The translations under genes were made by a program, and so were the position numbers. 64,000 nucleotides of DNA from Acidobacteriota bacterium (GTDB lineage Bacteria; Acidobacteriota; UBA6911; RPQK01; JAJDTT01), in assembly GCA_965217775.1 (NCBI GenBank), contig CBDCJH010000002.1, positions 4,448,001 through 4,512,000 on the forward strand, given 5' to 3'. Positions 1-8,449 of this stretch are shown here, piece after piece; position 1 is the first letter of the stretch, and every line of letters begins with the position of its first letter. The notes beneath the pieces are model-generated. The model made no database searches. It was not told the DNA's origin and saw only the letters and a program-made list of their open reading frames with translations.

Positions 1-10
1 GGCCGCTCGA

Positions 11-1063
11 TCAGACCACCTTGGCGCCGAGGGGGATGTCGAAGAACTTGGCGCGGGGGCTGGACTTGAGGCTGTCGTGGATGAAGCAGACGTGGGTGCA
101 CCAGCAGGCGTCCTTGACGATCTGTTCCGTCTCTTCCCGCACCGCCCGTGAAGAGTACGCTCCGCGGAAATCGAAATTCACGTCCCTCAGATTCAGGATC
201 TTCTCCCGCAGCTCGCAGGCCCGCAGGTCGCCGTTGTAGTCCACCACCAGGATGGTCTTGCCCGCCGTGCAGGGCATGGGCCAGGAATCGGAAGTCTCGA
301 AGTTTCGCTCCTGGAGCGTGTAGTGAAAGTAGATGGTCTGGGTGTAGTAGAGCTGCTTGAGCCAACCCCGGAGGCTTCCCCCCTTGCGGCGGGCCAGCTT
401 GCGGCCGTAGTGCTCGTGAATCGGCTTGACACTCCGGTAGAAATCGCCCAGGCCCCGGCGCGTGATCCGCTTCAGACCCGGGTCCTTGGCCTCGCCCCGG
501 ATCACCTGGAAGTAGTGTCCGTTCAGATCCAGGTTCCGGGCCAGCCACCACCCCAGGTCCTCCAACTCGTCGATGTTGTCGGCGGTGACCACCGAGTTCA
601 CGTGGACCCTGACTCCGGGAAGGGGAGACTCCCGGTCCGTGAGCAGCCGGATGGTCTCCAACGCTTGCTCGAAGTTCCCCGGAACGCCCCGGATCCGGTC
701 ATGGGTCGAAGCGAACCCGTCCAGCGCCAGGTTCAGATTCACCTCCATCCCGGGCAGTTCCCGGGAGGTGTACTCCATCAACTCCAAGGTCCTCTCGGCG
801 AAGAGTCCGTTGGTGGGAAGGTTCAGGGTGCGCACCCCGTTGCGGTGGTAGAACATCCCCAGGATTTCCGCCAGGCGGGGACGCATCATCGGCTCGCCGC
901 CCGAGAGCCAGAGCTCGTGGAATCGGGGCATGCCGGCCGAAAGCGCCTCGATCTCTTGGAAGGTCAGGTCCCCGGGACGATTGAGGTCCTCCCAGTAGAA
1001 GCAGGTCTCGCAGCGGGAGTTGCAACGGCTGGTGACGAACAGGATCAGGGTGTTCAGATCCAC
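11..1063 (-). CDS. Radical SAM protein with C-terminal SPASM/twitch-type Cys cluster
   Basis: CxxxCxxC motif (CNSRCETC), SGGEP motif, C-terminal CTAG...ACELR...CWCTHVC; GTG start. Confidence 0.9.
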   Translation of the reverse strand: MDLNTLILFVTSRCNSRCETCFYWEDLNRPGDLTFQEIEALSAGMPRFHELWLSGGEPMMRPRLAEILGMFYHRNGVRTLNLPTNGLFAERTLELMEYTSRELPGMEVNLNLALDGFASTHDRIRGVPGNFEQALETIRLLTDRESPLPGVRVHVNSVVTADNIDELEDLGWWLARNLDLNGHYFQVIRGEAKDPGLKRITRRGLGDFYRSVKPIHEHYGRKLARRKGGSLRGWLKQLYYTQTIYFHYTLQERNFETSDSWPMPCTAGKTILVVDYNGDLRACELREKILNLRDVNFDFRGAYSSRAVREETEQIVKDACWCTHVCFIHDSLKSSPRAKFFDIPLGAKVV

Positions 1064-1097
1064 GGTGTTTCCGTTGTACAGGAAGCCGGGGTCCCGT

Positions 1098-2306
1098 TCA
1101 ATCCAACACCTGCGTCTCGGTGGGAGAGACCATGCGATAGGTGATTCCCCGCCAGCGCAGGTTCCGGGTGGAGAGCGACCCCACCATTCCCGCCACCGTG
1201 ACCAGGTTGGCCAGCGGACCCCAGCAGGTGTAAGGGATGAGAATCCAACCCCTTGGGAGCCCCGCCTCGGGAAACAGCACCGACACGGCCCGAATCCGAA
1301 GCCAGGCCTTGACGGCGCCGGCTATCAGAATTGCGGCCACCAGGACCGCCAGCGCCACCGACCGGGGGTCCGGACCGTAGAGGTTCAGGCTGGTCCGGGC
1401 CCAGGCGCCTCCCCCCCACACGACCACCAGATAGACCAACTGGGTGGCAAATGCGGCCCTCCAGAGGTTCGGATGGTAGACCCGGGTGATGGCCAGTTGA
1501 CGGCGGCTCCAGCCCAGCAGTTCCATGAGGCTGGCGTCCTCGTGGGAAAAGCTCAGGCACCGGGGTTGGAAACGGATGGATCGGCCGCTGGCTTTCACCG
1601 CGCGGCTCAACGAGAGATCGTCGCTCAGGGTATGCCGCCAGTGGTCCGCGACGGAGCAGGAGTCGAAGACCTCCCGGCGGATCGCCATGGCCCCTCCCCA
1701 CGCGAAGTAGCAGTTCCCTTCGCTCATCAGGGAGGCGATGCCGGCGTTCCAGACCGAGCGGAGGACCGATCCGAAACCTCCCTTCTGGGGGATGTACCAG
1801 CGATATCCGGTGCTGGCGCCGACCTCCGGATCCTCCAGGGGAGCCACCAGATGGCGGAGCCACAGGGAGTCGGGCCGGATGTCCGAGTCGCCGAAGACCA
1901 GGATCCGGTCCCGGCGCCGGAGGTGGTCCAGCGCATGGAGCAGGTTGTGGACCTTCTGGCTCCTTCCCCGGGCTTTCCCCGAAAACAGAAGCCGAACATC
2001 GGGGTGAGAGCGGCGGTCCGGCAGGGACCTGATCACCGGCACGGAAGCGTCGGCTTCGTCATCGGTCACCAGGAGCAACTGCCAATCCGGGTATTCCAGA
2101 TCCAGGAAGGCGGCCAGGTTCCGTTCCAGACCCGGGTCCAACCCCCGGCAGGGAACGATCAGGGTCAACGGGGGCGCATAGGACCCCGGAACCGCCTCCG
2201 AGGCCCTTCGGTACATCCGCAGAAACCGGAAGCCTCCCCGCAGCGAGTGGAGCCCCTCGAGCAGGGAGAGCAGAGCCAGGAAGATGAGCCAGTCCGGCGG
2301 TTGCAC
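1098..2306 (-). CDS. Family 2 glycosyltransferase (ceramide glucosyltransferase/HpnI-like), membrane-bound
   Basis: N-terminal TM helix, LIVPCRG, SQKVHNL, FGDSD (DxD), WGGAMA, LSDD, WSRRQ motifs, C-terminal TM helices and WRG. Confidence 0.85.
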   Translation of the reverse strand: MQPPDWLIFLALLSLLEGLHSLRGGFRFLRMYRRASEAVPGSYAPPLTLIVPCRGLDPGLERNLAAFLDLEYPDWQLLLVTDDEADASVPVIRSLPDRRSHPDVRLLFSGKARGRSQKVHNLLHALDHLRRRDRILVFGDSDIRPDSLWLRHLVAPLEDPEVGASTGYRWYIPQKGGFGSVLRSVWNAGIASLMSEGNCYFAWGGAMAIRREVFDSCSVADHWRHTLSDDLSLSRAVKASGRSIRFQPRCLSFSHEDASLMELLGWSRRQLAITRVYHPNLWRAAFATQLVYLVVVWGGGAWARTSLNLYGPDPRSVALAVLVAAILIAGAVKAWLRIRAVSVLFPEAGLPRGWILIPYTCWGPLANLVTVAGMVGSLSTRNLRWRGITYRMVSPTETQVLD

Positions 2307-2331
2307 GTCCAGATATCCGGTAAGGAGTCAA

Positions 2332-2489
2332 CAGCCCGTGGCAAAAGTCATCACGGCATTCGACCGTCCCTGCATCCCGGCGGACGGCGTTGCGATTCGG
2401 GCACATACTCCCGGTATGCACCCGAATCGCGCCTTGTCCGGCGGGCGCAGGAACGGTCTCGGTGCTCGCGGGACTTTCACCACGGACTG
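2332..2489 (-). mobile_element. 158-bp palindromic MITE-like element, family A, copy 1
   Basis: Terminal inverted repeats CAGCCCGTGGCAAAAGTC / GACTTTCACCACGGACTG; near-identical to 21066-21223 and (reverse complement) 27817-27974; flanks TCAA/CCAA. Confidence 0.85.
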
Positions 2490-2499
2490 CCAAGCGAGT

Positions 2500-2910
2500 T
2501 TACGACCCGGACATCTCCAACAACTGCTGCCACTCGGTATCGGACACGGGCATGACCGAGAGCCGGGGAAGCCGGGCCAGGATGAAACCGGAGAAACGAG
2601 GGTCCGCCTTGACCTCCTTCAGAGTGATCCGCCGGGCCAATCGCTGCCGCGCTTCCACGTCCACCACCGTCAAGATGGGATCGTCCTTTTCAGGGTCGGG
2701 ATAGGGGGCCGAGACCACATTGGCGATTCCGATGATGGCCCGGACGCGGCCCGTGTGGTAGATAAAGGCCTGATCCCCGGGACCCATCTGGTTCAGATAT
2801 TTCAACGCCAGCCGGTTGGAGACGCCGTCCCAGACCGTACGCTGGTCCCTTTCCAGATCCTCGTAGGAATAGTCTCGGGGCTCCGACTTGAGCAACCAGT
2901 TCTGAGCCAT
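2500..2910 (-). CDS. EVE domain protein
   Basis: WLLKSEP...YSYEDL...WDGVSN...GDQAFIYHTG...RLSVMPV...EW signature. Confidence 0.92.
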   Translation of the reverse strand: MAQNWLLKSEPRDYSYEDLERDQRTVWDGVSNRLALKYLNQMGPGDQAFIYHTGRVRAIIGIANVVSAPYPDPEKDDPILTVVDVEARQRLARRITLKEVKADPRFSGFILARLPRLSVMPVSDTEWQQLLEMSGS

Positions 2911-2952
2911 GCTTCTCCTCTCGAAACCGCGAATCCCGTTCGATGCCGGAAT

Positions 2953-3411
2953 TCATTTTATGGGCGGCCCCGCGACCCAATCGTAGCCGATCTCGGGGTC
3001 GTCGTGCGGGATCCGTCCCTCGTCTCCGGGGTCGTAGACGCGGGATGTCACATACAGAAGGTGGGCCGGGCCGGCCAGACACTTGCAACCATGCGCCACG
3101 CCGGGCGGAATTCCCAGGAGGATCGGAGAATATCCGTCGCCCATGAACAACTCCATGGATTCTCCCCGGGTGGGAGAATCGCTCCGCCGGTCGTACAGAG
3201 CCACTTTGAGGACGCCGCCCGCCACGTACCACCAGTCGGTCTGCTTGGTGTGGACGTGCCAAGCCTTGGCCACTCCGGTGTACATGAGACTGTGGCTCCA
3301 CTGCCCGAATCCCTCCCGGAAGTGATCGTCCGTCACCCGGAGGATCTCCCGGAAGAAGCCCCGGCTGTCGGTGTGAGTCACCAGCTCCGTGACTGAAACG
3401 CCTTCGATCAA
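2953..3411 (-). CDS. dTDP-4-dehydrorhamnose 3,5-epimerase (RmlC)-like cupin
   Basis: IEGV...HTDSRGFFRE, KAWHVH, YDRRSDSPT, IPPGVAHG, DPEIGYDW; TTG start with GAAAGGA upstream. Confidence 0.85.
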   Translation of the reverse strand: MIEGVSVTELVTHTDSRGFFREILRVTDDHFREGFGQWSHSLMYTGVAKAWHVHTKQTDWWYVAGGVLKVALYDRRSDSPTRGESMELFMGDGYSPILLGIPPGVAHGCKCLAGPAHLLYVTSRVYDPGDEGRIPHDDPEIGYDWVAGPPIK

Positions 3412-3445
3412 AGGACGCGCATCCTTTCTCCGGCGAACCGGAGGT

Positions 3446-4174
3446 TCACCGCTTACCCAGCACCCTCAAGGTGCCGCCCCGGCTGAGCGTGTATCCCGGT
3501 GGAAGGGACTCCTCCACCTTGGCTCGAAATCCCGTCACCTTCCAGCCCTGCTCCGCGAGACGTTCCAGGATCTGGCCGCGCACCCGGGGACGATCCTCCG
3601 CGTCCAGGTAGCACTTCAACACCGAATCGCGGCCCTCCTCCTGTGGACGCCCGAAGAGATAGTCCGCCGCCGACAGACAGACGTCATCGTCTTCGTCTTC
3701 CAGAAACAGCCGCACCGTCTCCAGCAACCCGGGCGAATGAATCTGTTCCAGAGATCGGATCAGCTGGGTCTTGGGCTCGGAGCTGGCCGGAGGGTATTCC
3801 CAATGGAAGCGGAGGATCTCGTCGATTCGAGTCGCCAATTCCTCGCTGGGGAGGATCTCCTGAAGCGCCCGCAGGGGCCAGTAGACCTGCCGCTCCCGCT
3901 TCAAGAAGGTGAGAAGTGGGGGGAGAGCCTTCCGGTCCAAGCGGACGATCCAGGAGAGCAACTCCTCCTTTTCGTCCTGGTCCCGGATCAAGGGGGACGT
4001 ACTGATGGTAAACCGGTCCAGGAGCGCCAGTATGGCTTCGGGCGTGCCCATCTCGTACAGGCGCCGGGCGGCATTGACCCGGACGGCGGGATCCCCGTGA
4101 GGCTCCTTCACCTTCTTGCGCGCCCGTCTGATCTGTCTCTCCGGCGACCCGCGGAGAAAGGAAAACAAGTCCAC
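3446..4174 (-). CDS. HEAT-repeat/alpha-solenoid hypothetical protein
   Basis: Helical repeats such as VRVNAARRL, LEDEDDDVCLSAADYL, DRPRVRGQILERL. Confidence 0.7.
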   Translation of the reverse strand: MDLFSFLRGSPERQIRRARKKVKEPHGDPAVRVNAARRLYEMGTPEAILALLDRFTISTSPLIRDQDEKEELLSWIVRLDRKALPPLLTFLKRERQVYWPLRALQEILPSEELATRIDEILRFHWEYPPASSEPKTQLIRSLEQIHSPGLLETVRLFLEDEDDDVCLSAADYLFGRPQEEGRDSVLKCYLDAEDRPRVRGQILERLAEQGWKVTGFRAKVEESLPPGYTLSRGGTLRVLGKR

Positions 4175-4180
4175 GTTGCT

Positions 4181-4189
4181 AGTCTACCA
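4181..4189 (-). promoter_or_regulatory. Extended -10 box (TGG-TAGACT) 6 nt before the GTG start; leaderless candidate
   Basis: Minus strand reads TGGTAGACT-agcaac-GTG; no Shine-Dalgarno. Confidence 0.55.
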
Positions 4190-4234
4190 ATTGACGCGGC
4201 GTCCGGCTCCAAGACTTGGCGGGGCCGGCACAAC

Positions 4235-4264
4235 TTGAAAGATTTCGAATACAAGACCTAACAT
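4235..4264 (+). promoter_or_regulatory. Putative sigma70 promoter of the quinone oxidoreductase gene
   Basis: TTGAAA-18 nt-TAACAT in an AT-rich patch. Confidence 0.4.
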
Positions 4265-4345
4265 AGCTCTCTGGTTACCTTCAACCGGAGCCATTCCGCG
4301 TGGCGGGAACAGGGATGCGCCGGTCTTGGCCAATCCGGGAGAGGC

Positions 4346-5326
4346 ATGAGAGCGGTCCTGATCCAAGAACCCGGCGGTCCGGAGGTCCTTCGCTTGGCCG
4401 AGGTCTCCGACCCGGCGCCGTCGCCCGGGGAAATCCTGGTCCGGGTCCGCGCCACCGCCCTGAATCGGGCCGACCTGCTCCAACGGCAGGGCCTCTATCC
4501 TCCCCCTCCCGGCACCCATCCCCAGATACCCGGTCTCGAATTCGCAGGGTGCGTGGAAACGGCCGGCGCCGCGGTCACCGAATTCCAGCCGGGACAACGA
4601 GTCATGGGCCTGTTGCCGGGTGCGGGCTATGCGGAGAAGGTGGTCACTCCGGAGCGCTTGGCGCTGCCCATACCGGACCGTCTGGGCTTTCAAGAGGCGG
4701 CGGCCATTCCCGAGGTCTTCCTGACCGCCTTCGACGCCCTCCAGTTGCAGGGCAGCCTGGGACCGGGACAGACCCTGCTGCTCCATGGGGCCGGAAGCGG
4801 CGTCGGAACCGCGGCTCTTCAGTTGTGCCGCCTGACCGGAGCCACGAGCATCGGCACCTCGCGTTCCCGTGAGAAACTGGACCGCTGCCTGGAGTTGGGG
4901 CTGGATCACGCCGTTCTCACCCAGCGGGAGGACTTCCGGGAAGCCGTACTGGAGTTGACGGCAGGACGTGGGGTCGATCTGATCCTGGACATGGTCGGCG
5001 GGGCCTATCTCGAGCAGAATCTCTCCTGTCTGGCTCCCCGGGGGTTGTTGATACTGATCGGGTTGCTGGGTGGACCCTCGGCCCCTGTCGACCTGTCCCG
5101 GATCCTCAAGCAGAGCCTCCGGATCCGAGGCACGGTCCTGCGTCCCCGTCCGGTGGAAGAGAAGATCCGTCTGAACCAGGAATTCCGGCGCCGAATCCTG
5201 CCCTGCTTCGAGAACGGTGTCCTCACGCCGATCATCGACCGGGCGTTTCCCCTGGAAGAGGCGTCGGAGGCTCATTCCTTCATGGAGAGCAACCGGAACT
5301 TCGGCAAGATCGTGCTGACCGTTTGA
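4346..5326 (+). CDS. NAD(P)H-quinone oxidoreductase, PIG3/zeta-crystallin (MDR) family
   Basis: GGPEVL, ALNRADLLQRQGLYPPPPG, GLEFAG, HGAGSGVG, NFGKIVL; GGAGAGG RBS. Confidence 0.95.
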   Translation: MRAVLIQEPGGPEVLRLAEVSDPAPSPGEILVRVRATALNRADLLQRQGLYPPPPGTHPQIPGLEFAGCVETAGAAVTEFQPGQRVMGLLPGAGYAEKVVTPERLALPIPDRLGFQEAAAIPEVFLTAFDALQLQGSLGPGQTLLLHGAGSGVGTAALQLCRLTGATSIGTSRSREKLDRCLELGLDHAVLTQREDFREAVLELTAGRGVDLILDMVGGAYLEQNLSCLAPRGLLILIGLLGGPSAPVDLSRILKQSLRIRGTVLRPRPVEEKIRLNQEFRRRILPCFENGVLTPIIDRAFPLEEASEAHSFMESNRNFGKIVLTV

Positions 5327-5382
5327 GTCAAGAGAAAAGCTCCCCCACCGGCCCGGTCCGGCGGACGCCCGGTAAAAAAAGG

Positions 5383-5572
5383 GTAGGAGCGGCGGTTTCC
5401 AGCCGCCGAACTGGAGTAACCGCGGCCCGACGATGCAACGGGCGCGCGGCGGAATGAGCACGTGAGGGGAGGGCGACTGGAAATCGCTCCTTGTTCCTAG
5501 TGGAAGAATGGGCGACTGGAAATCGCCCCTTGTTCCTAGTGGAAGAATGGGCGACTGGAAATCGCCCCTCCT
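5383..5572. repeat. REP cluster: GTAGGAGCGGCGGTTTCCAGCCGCCG plus three opposite-facing REP copies at a 39-bp period
   Basis: Palindromes seen directly; units start at 5471, 5510 and 5549 (GGGCGACTGGAAATCGCYCC+TTGTTCCTAGTGGAAGAAT); lies between convergent genes. Confidence 0.85.
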
Positions 5573-5577
5573 CGCCG

Positions 5578-6978
5578 TCAAATCCGGACCAGGCAGGCCA
5601 CGTTCTCGATGTGGTAGGTCTGGGGAAACATGTCCACCGGGCGCACGCTCACCACTCGGTAGCGCTGGGCCAGGATTTTGAGGTCGCGAGCCTGGGTGGC
5701 GGGATTGCAACTGACGTACACGATCCGTTCCGGGGCCAAGTCGAGAATGGACCGGCAGGTGTTCTTGTGCATGCCGGCGCGGGGCGGGTCCACGACCAGG
5801 ACCTCGGGTCTTCCCTGGCGGAGGATCAGGTTTCGGTTCAGCGCCTTGGCGGCATCCATGAGCACGAAGGTGCAATTCCGGATCCCGTTGGAGACGACAT
5901 TGGCTCGGGCGGCGGCGATGGCCGTCCCGTGATTGTCGATGCCCACCACCTTCTGGCAATCCCGGGCCAGGATCATCGCGATGGTCCCGATTCCACAGTA
6001 CAAATCGTAGACGATTTCATGTCCGGTAAGGCCGGAATACCGTCGCACCACGTCGAACAGATTGCGTGCCTGGGAAGTGTTGGGTTGGAAGAAGGTCGTG
6101 GGGGCGATCCGGAACTCCAGGTCGCCGATGCGCTCCCGGATGACACCGGCGCCGTGGTAGACCACTTCCTCCTGGCCCGAGGCCACAGGCGAAAGGGTCT
6201 CGTTGATGCTGTTGACGATGGTGGTGATCTGGGGAAACTCACGCAACAACTCGGCGCACAGCAGCTTCATGCGGTCGGGTCGCCGCTGGCGGGTCACCAG
6301 ATTGACCATGAAATCGCCCGTGTTGGAGCCGGTCCGGATCACCAGGTTCCGAAGATATCCTTCACCCGAATAAGAGCTGTAGGCTTTCCAGCCCTGCTCC
6401 TCGGCGAGTCTCCGGACCCGATTGACCACCTGGACGCTGACCGGGCTCTGGAGAAAACAGACCTCCAGATCCAGGATCTTGTCATGACGCTTGGGAATGT
6501 GAAGGCCCAGTGCGAATCCCTTCCTGAGCGGAACTCCGCTCCGGATCTCCTCCGGCATCAACCAGCGGTTGGGGCCGAAGGTGAACTCCATCTTGTTGCG
6601 GTAGTAGAAGACGTTGGGAGAGGGTAACGTGGATTTCACCTCCACGCCGGTGATCCCGCCCAGGTGCTGCAGCGTCTCCTCCACCTGGGCCCGCTTGAAG
6701 GAGAGCTGGCGCTGGTAGTCCACGTTCTGGCAACTGCACCCTCCACAGGTGCCGAAGTAGCGGCAGGCCGGTGCGACCCGGCAGGGAGACAGCTCCAACA
6801 CCTCCTCCACCACGGCTTCCGCGTGCTGGCGTTTCTTCTTGACGACCCGCGCCCGGACCCGGTCTCCGGGGACCCCGTTCCGGACCAGGATGACCAGCCC
6901 GTTCCGGCGCGCCACCGAGACCCCCTTGTAGGCGGCCGACTCGACGTCCAGTTCCACAATATCGCCGCGGCTCAACAT
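5578..6978 (-). CDS. rlmD: 23S rRNA (uracil-1939-C5)-methyltransferase
   Basis: N-terminal TRAM domain, CRYFGTCGGC Fe-S motif, FFQPN, DLYCGIG, VVDPPRAG, YVSCNPAT, DMFPQTYHIE. Confidence 0.93.
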   Translation of the reverse strand: MLSRGDIVELDVESAAYKGVSVARRNGLVILVRNGVPGDRVRARVVKKKRQHAEAVVEEVLELSPCRVAPACRYFGTCGGCSCQNVDYQRQLSFKRAQVEETLQHLGGITGVEVKSTLPSPNVFYYRNKMEFTFGPNRWLMPEEIRSGVPLRKGFALGLHIPKRHDKILDLEVCFLQSPVSVQVVNRVRRLAEEQGWKAYSSYSGEGYLRNLVIRTGSNTGDFMVNLVTRQRRPDRMKLLCAELLREFPQITTIVNSINETLSPVASGQEEVVYHGAGVIRERIGDLEFRIAPTTFFQPNTSQARNLFDVVRRYSGLTGHEIVYDLYCGIGTIAMILARDCQKVVGIDNHGTAIAAARANVVSNGIRNCTFVLMDAAKALNRNLILRQGRPEVLVVDPPRAGMHKNTCRSILDLAPERIVYVSCNPATQARDLKILAQRYRVVSVRPVDMFPQTYHIENVACLVRI

Positions 6979-7145
6979 GACACTTCACCCGATTCCGGGA
7001 GGTGATCATAGCAGATGGACCTCAGACCAAGGCATGATGCCTCTGGGGCCGACCGTTGCCGGACACCACTCCTTCCGGCGACCTCCATCCCGCATCGGCC
7101 GGCGCCCGTGGCGACTTTCAAATCAGAGTGCTAAGGTGTAAAGCC

Positions 7146-8228
7146 ATGATTTCTCAACCCTTCGCGACACCTTACGGCAGATTCTCCCGGATTCCTTCCG
7201 GGCGCTGGTCCACGGGCTTGATGCTGATCTGGCTCCTTCTACTGCCCAGCCGAACCCTGCTTGGCCGAACCTTGGATATCTACTTCATCGACGCCGAAGG
7301 GGGTGCGGCGACTTTCATCGTCACCCCCCTGAAAGAATCGATTCTCATCGACACGGGATGGAGAAGAGAGGATGGCCGGGACGCCAAGAGAATCGAGGCG
7401 GTGGCCCGTGCGGCCGGTCTCGAACGCATCGACTATGTGGTCACGACCCACTTTCACGCGGACCATTACGGGGGAATCGGACGCTTGGCGCAGTTGATCC
7501 CCATCGCCAACTTCCTCGACCACGGGCCCATGGACGAGCTCAAGGAGGACCCCCGGTTCCCCCTCTTCTACACGGAGTACATCCGGGCCACCCGGGGCAA
7601 CCGGCAGCGGATCCGGCCTGGAGAAACGATCCCCCTCCGGAGTCTGCAGGTGCCTCTCAAACTCCTCTGCGTGTCTGCCGCCGGGGAGACTCTCAAGGGC
7701 GAAGGTCCCTCCAATCCGGCCTGCCGGAAGCTCACCCGGAAGAAGAAAGACACGACTGACAATGCCAGAAGCGTGGGCCTGCTCCTGAGCTACGGGAAGT
7801 TCGAGTTTCTGGATCTGGGCGACCTGACCTGGAACGTGGAAGCCCGCCTGGCCTGTCCCTCGAACCTGCTCGGGCAGATCGATCTCTATCAAACCACCCA
7901 CCACGGACTGCCCAACAGCAACAACCCGGTCCTGGTCTCCGCCGTCGATCCCGGCGTGGCCGTCTTCAATAACGGCTCCCGCAAAGGGGCCGCTCCCGAG
8001 GTCTTCTCGCTGCTGAAGTCGCTCCCCTCCGTCGAGGCGATCTTCCAGGTTCACAAGAACCTGGATTCCGGCCCGGACGGCAACGCCCCCGAGGATTTCA
8101 TCGCCAACCTGGGAGGCGACGAGGATTGCGCCGGGCATCTGCTGAAGGTGTCGGTGAGCGCCGACGGCTCCTCCTACACCGTCACTAACGGCCGCAACAA
8201 CCTGAGCCGGACCTTCGCGAGCCGCTGA
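7146..8228 (+). CDS. Exported metallo-beta-lactamase-fold hydrolase (ComEC/Rec2-like)
   Basis: IYFIDAEGGAAT, LIDTG, THFHADHYGG metal motif, GDL, HHG; hydrophobic N-terminal segment; start chosen at ATG 7146. Confidence 0.85.
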   Translation: MISQPFATPYGRFSRIPSGRWSTGLMLIWLLLLPSRTLLGRTLDIYFIDAEGGAATFIVTPLKESILIDTGWRREDGRDAKRIEAVARAAGLERIDYVVTTHFHADHYGGIGRLAQLIPIANFLDHGPMDELKEDPRFPLFYTEYIRATRGNRQRIRPGETIPLRSLQVPLKLLCVSAAGETLKGEGPSNPACRKLTRKKKDTTDNARSVGLLLSYGKFEFLDLGDLTWNVEARLACPSNLLGQIDLYQTTHHGLPNSNNPVLVSAVDPGVAVFNNGSRKGAAPEVFSLLKSLPSVEAIFQVHKNLDSGPDGNAPEDFIANLGGDEDCAGHLLKVSVSADGSSYTVTNGRNNLSRTFASR

Positions 8229-8292
8229 TACGGACAGGACCGATGTTCACGCCGATTTTCTTGACCAGGTCCAGGCTCGGCAGCGCGAGTCT

Positions 8293-8415
8293 ATGGAAAA
8301 ACGAAAGTTGGGGGGTATGGAAGGGCAGTTCCGGATGTCTCCCGACTTTGACGATGAGGACGAGGAACTCATCGAGCTGATTGAGAACTCGAAGATCTTC
8401 CCGGACGAGACGTGA
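8293..8415 (+). CDS. 40-aa ORF resembling the C-terminal tail of DUF2281/Phd-VapB-type antitoxins (orphan or remnant)
   Basis: MEKRKLGGMEGQFRMSPDFDDEDEELIELIENSKIFPDET resembles the RxxGxxxGxxxxxxDFD pattern; too short for the supplied ORF track. Confidence 0.5.
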   Translation: MEKRKLGGMEGQFRMSPDFDDEDEELIELIENSKIFPDET

Positions 8416-8449
8416 GAAACGAGCCCAATCGGACCCTTGCGTGAACTGC

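Noticed and set aside
5471-5572. Possible mini-CRISPR array (palindromic repeats at regular spacing)
   Set aside because: The spacers are identical, the repeat belongs to the dispersed REP family and no cas genes are present
4184-5959. 591-aa ORF with RGDFQSPILPLGT repeats
   Set aside because: The peptide repeats are just the translated REP tandem; the rest is an off-frame or antisense shadow of real genes
7107-7137. Sigma54 promoter reading of TGGC...TGC
   Set aside because: The GG-to-GC spacing is 18 nt rather than the 10 nt required for -24/-12 promoters
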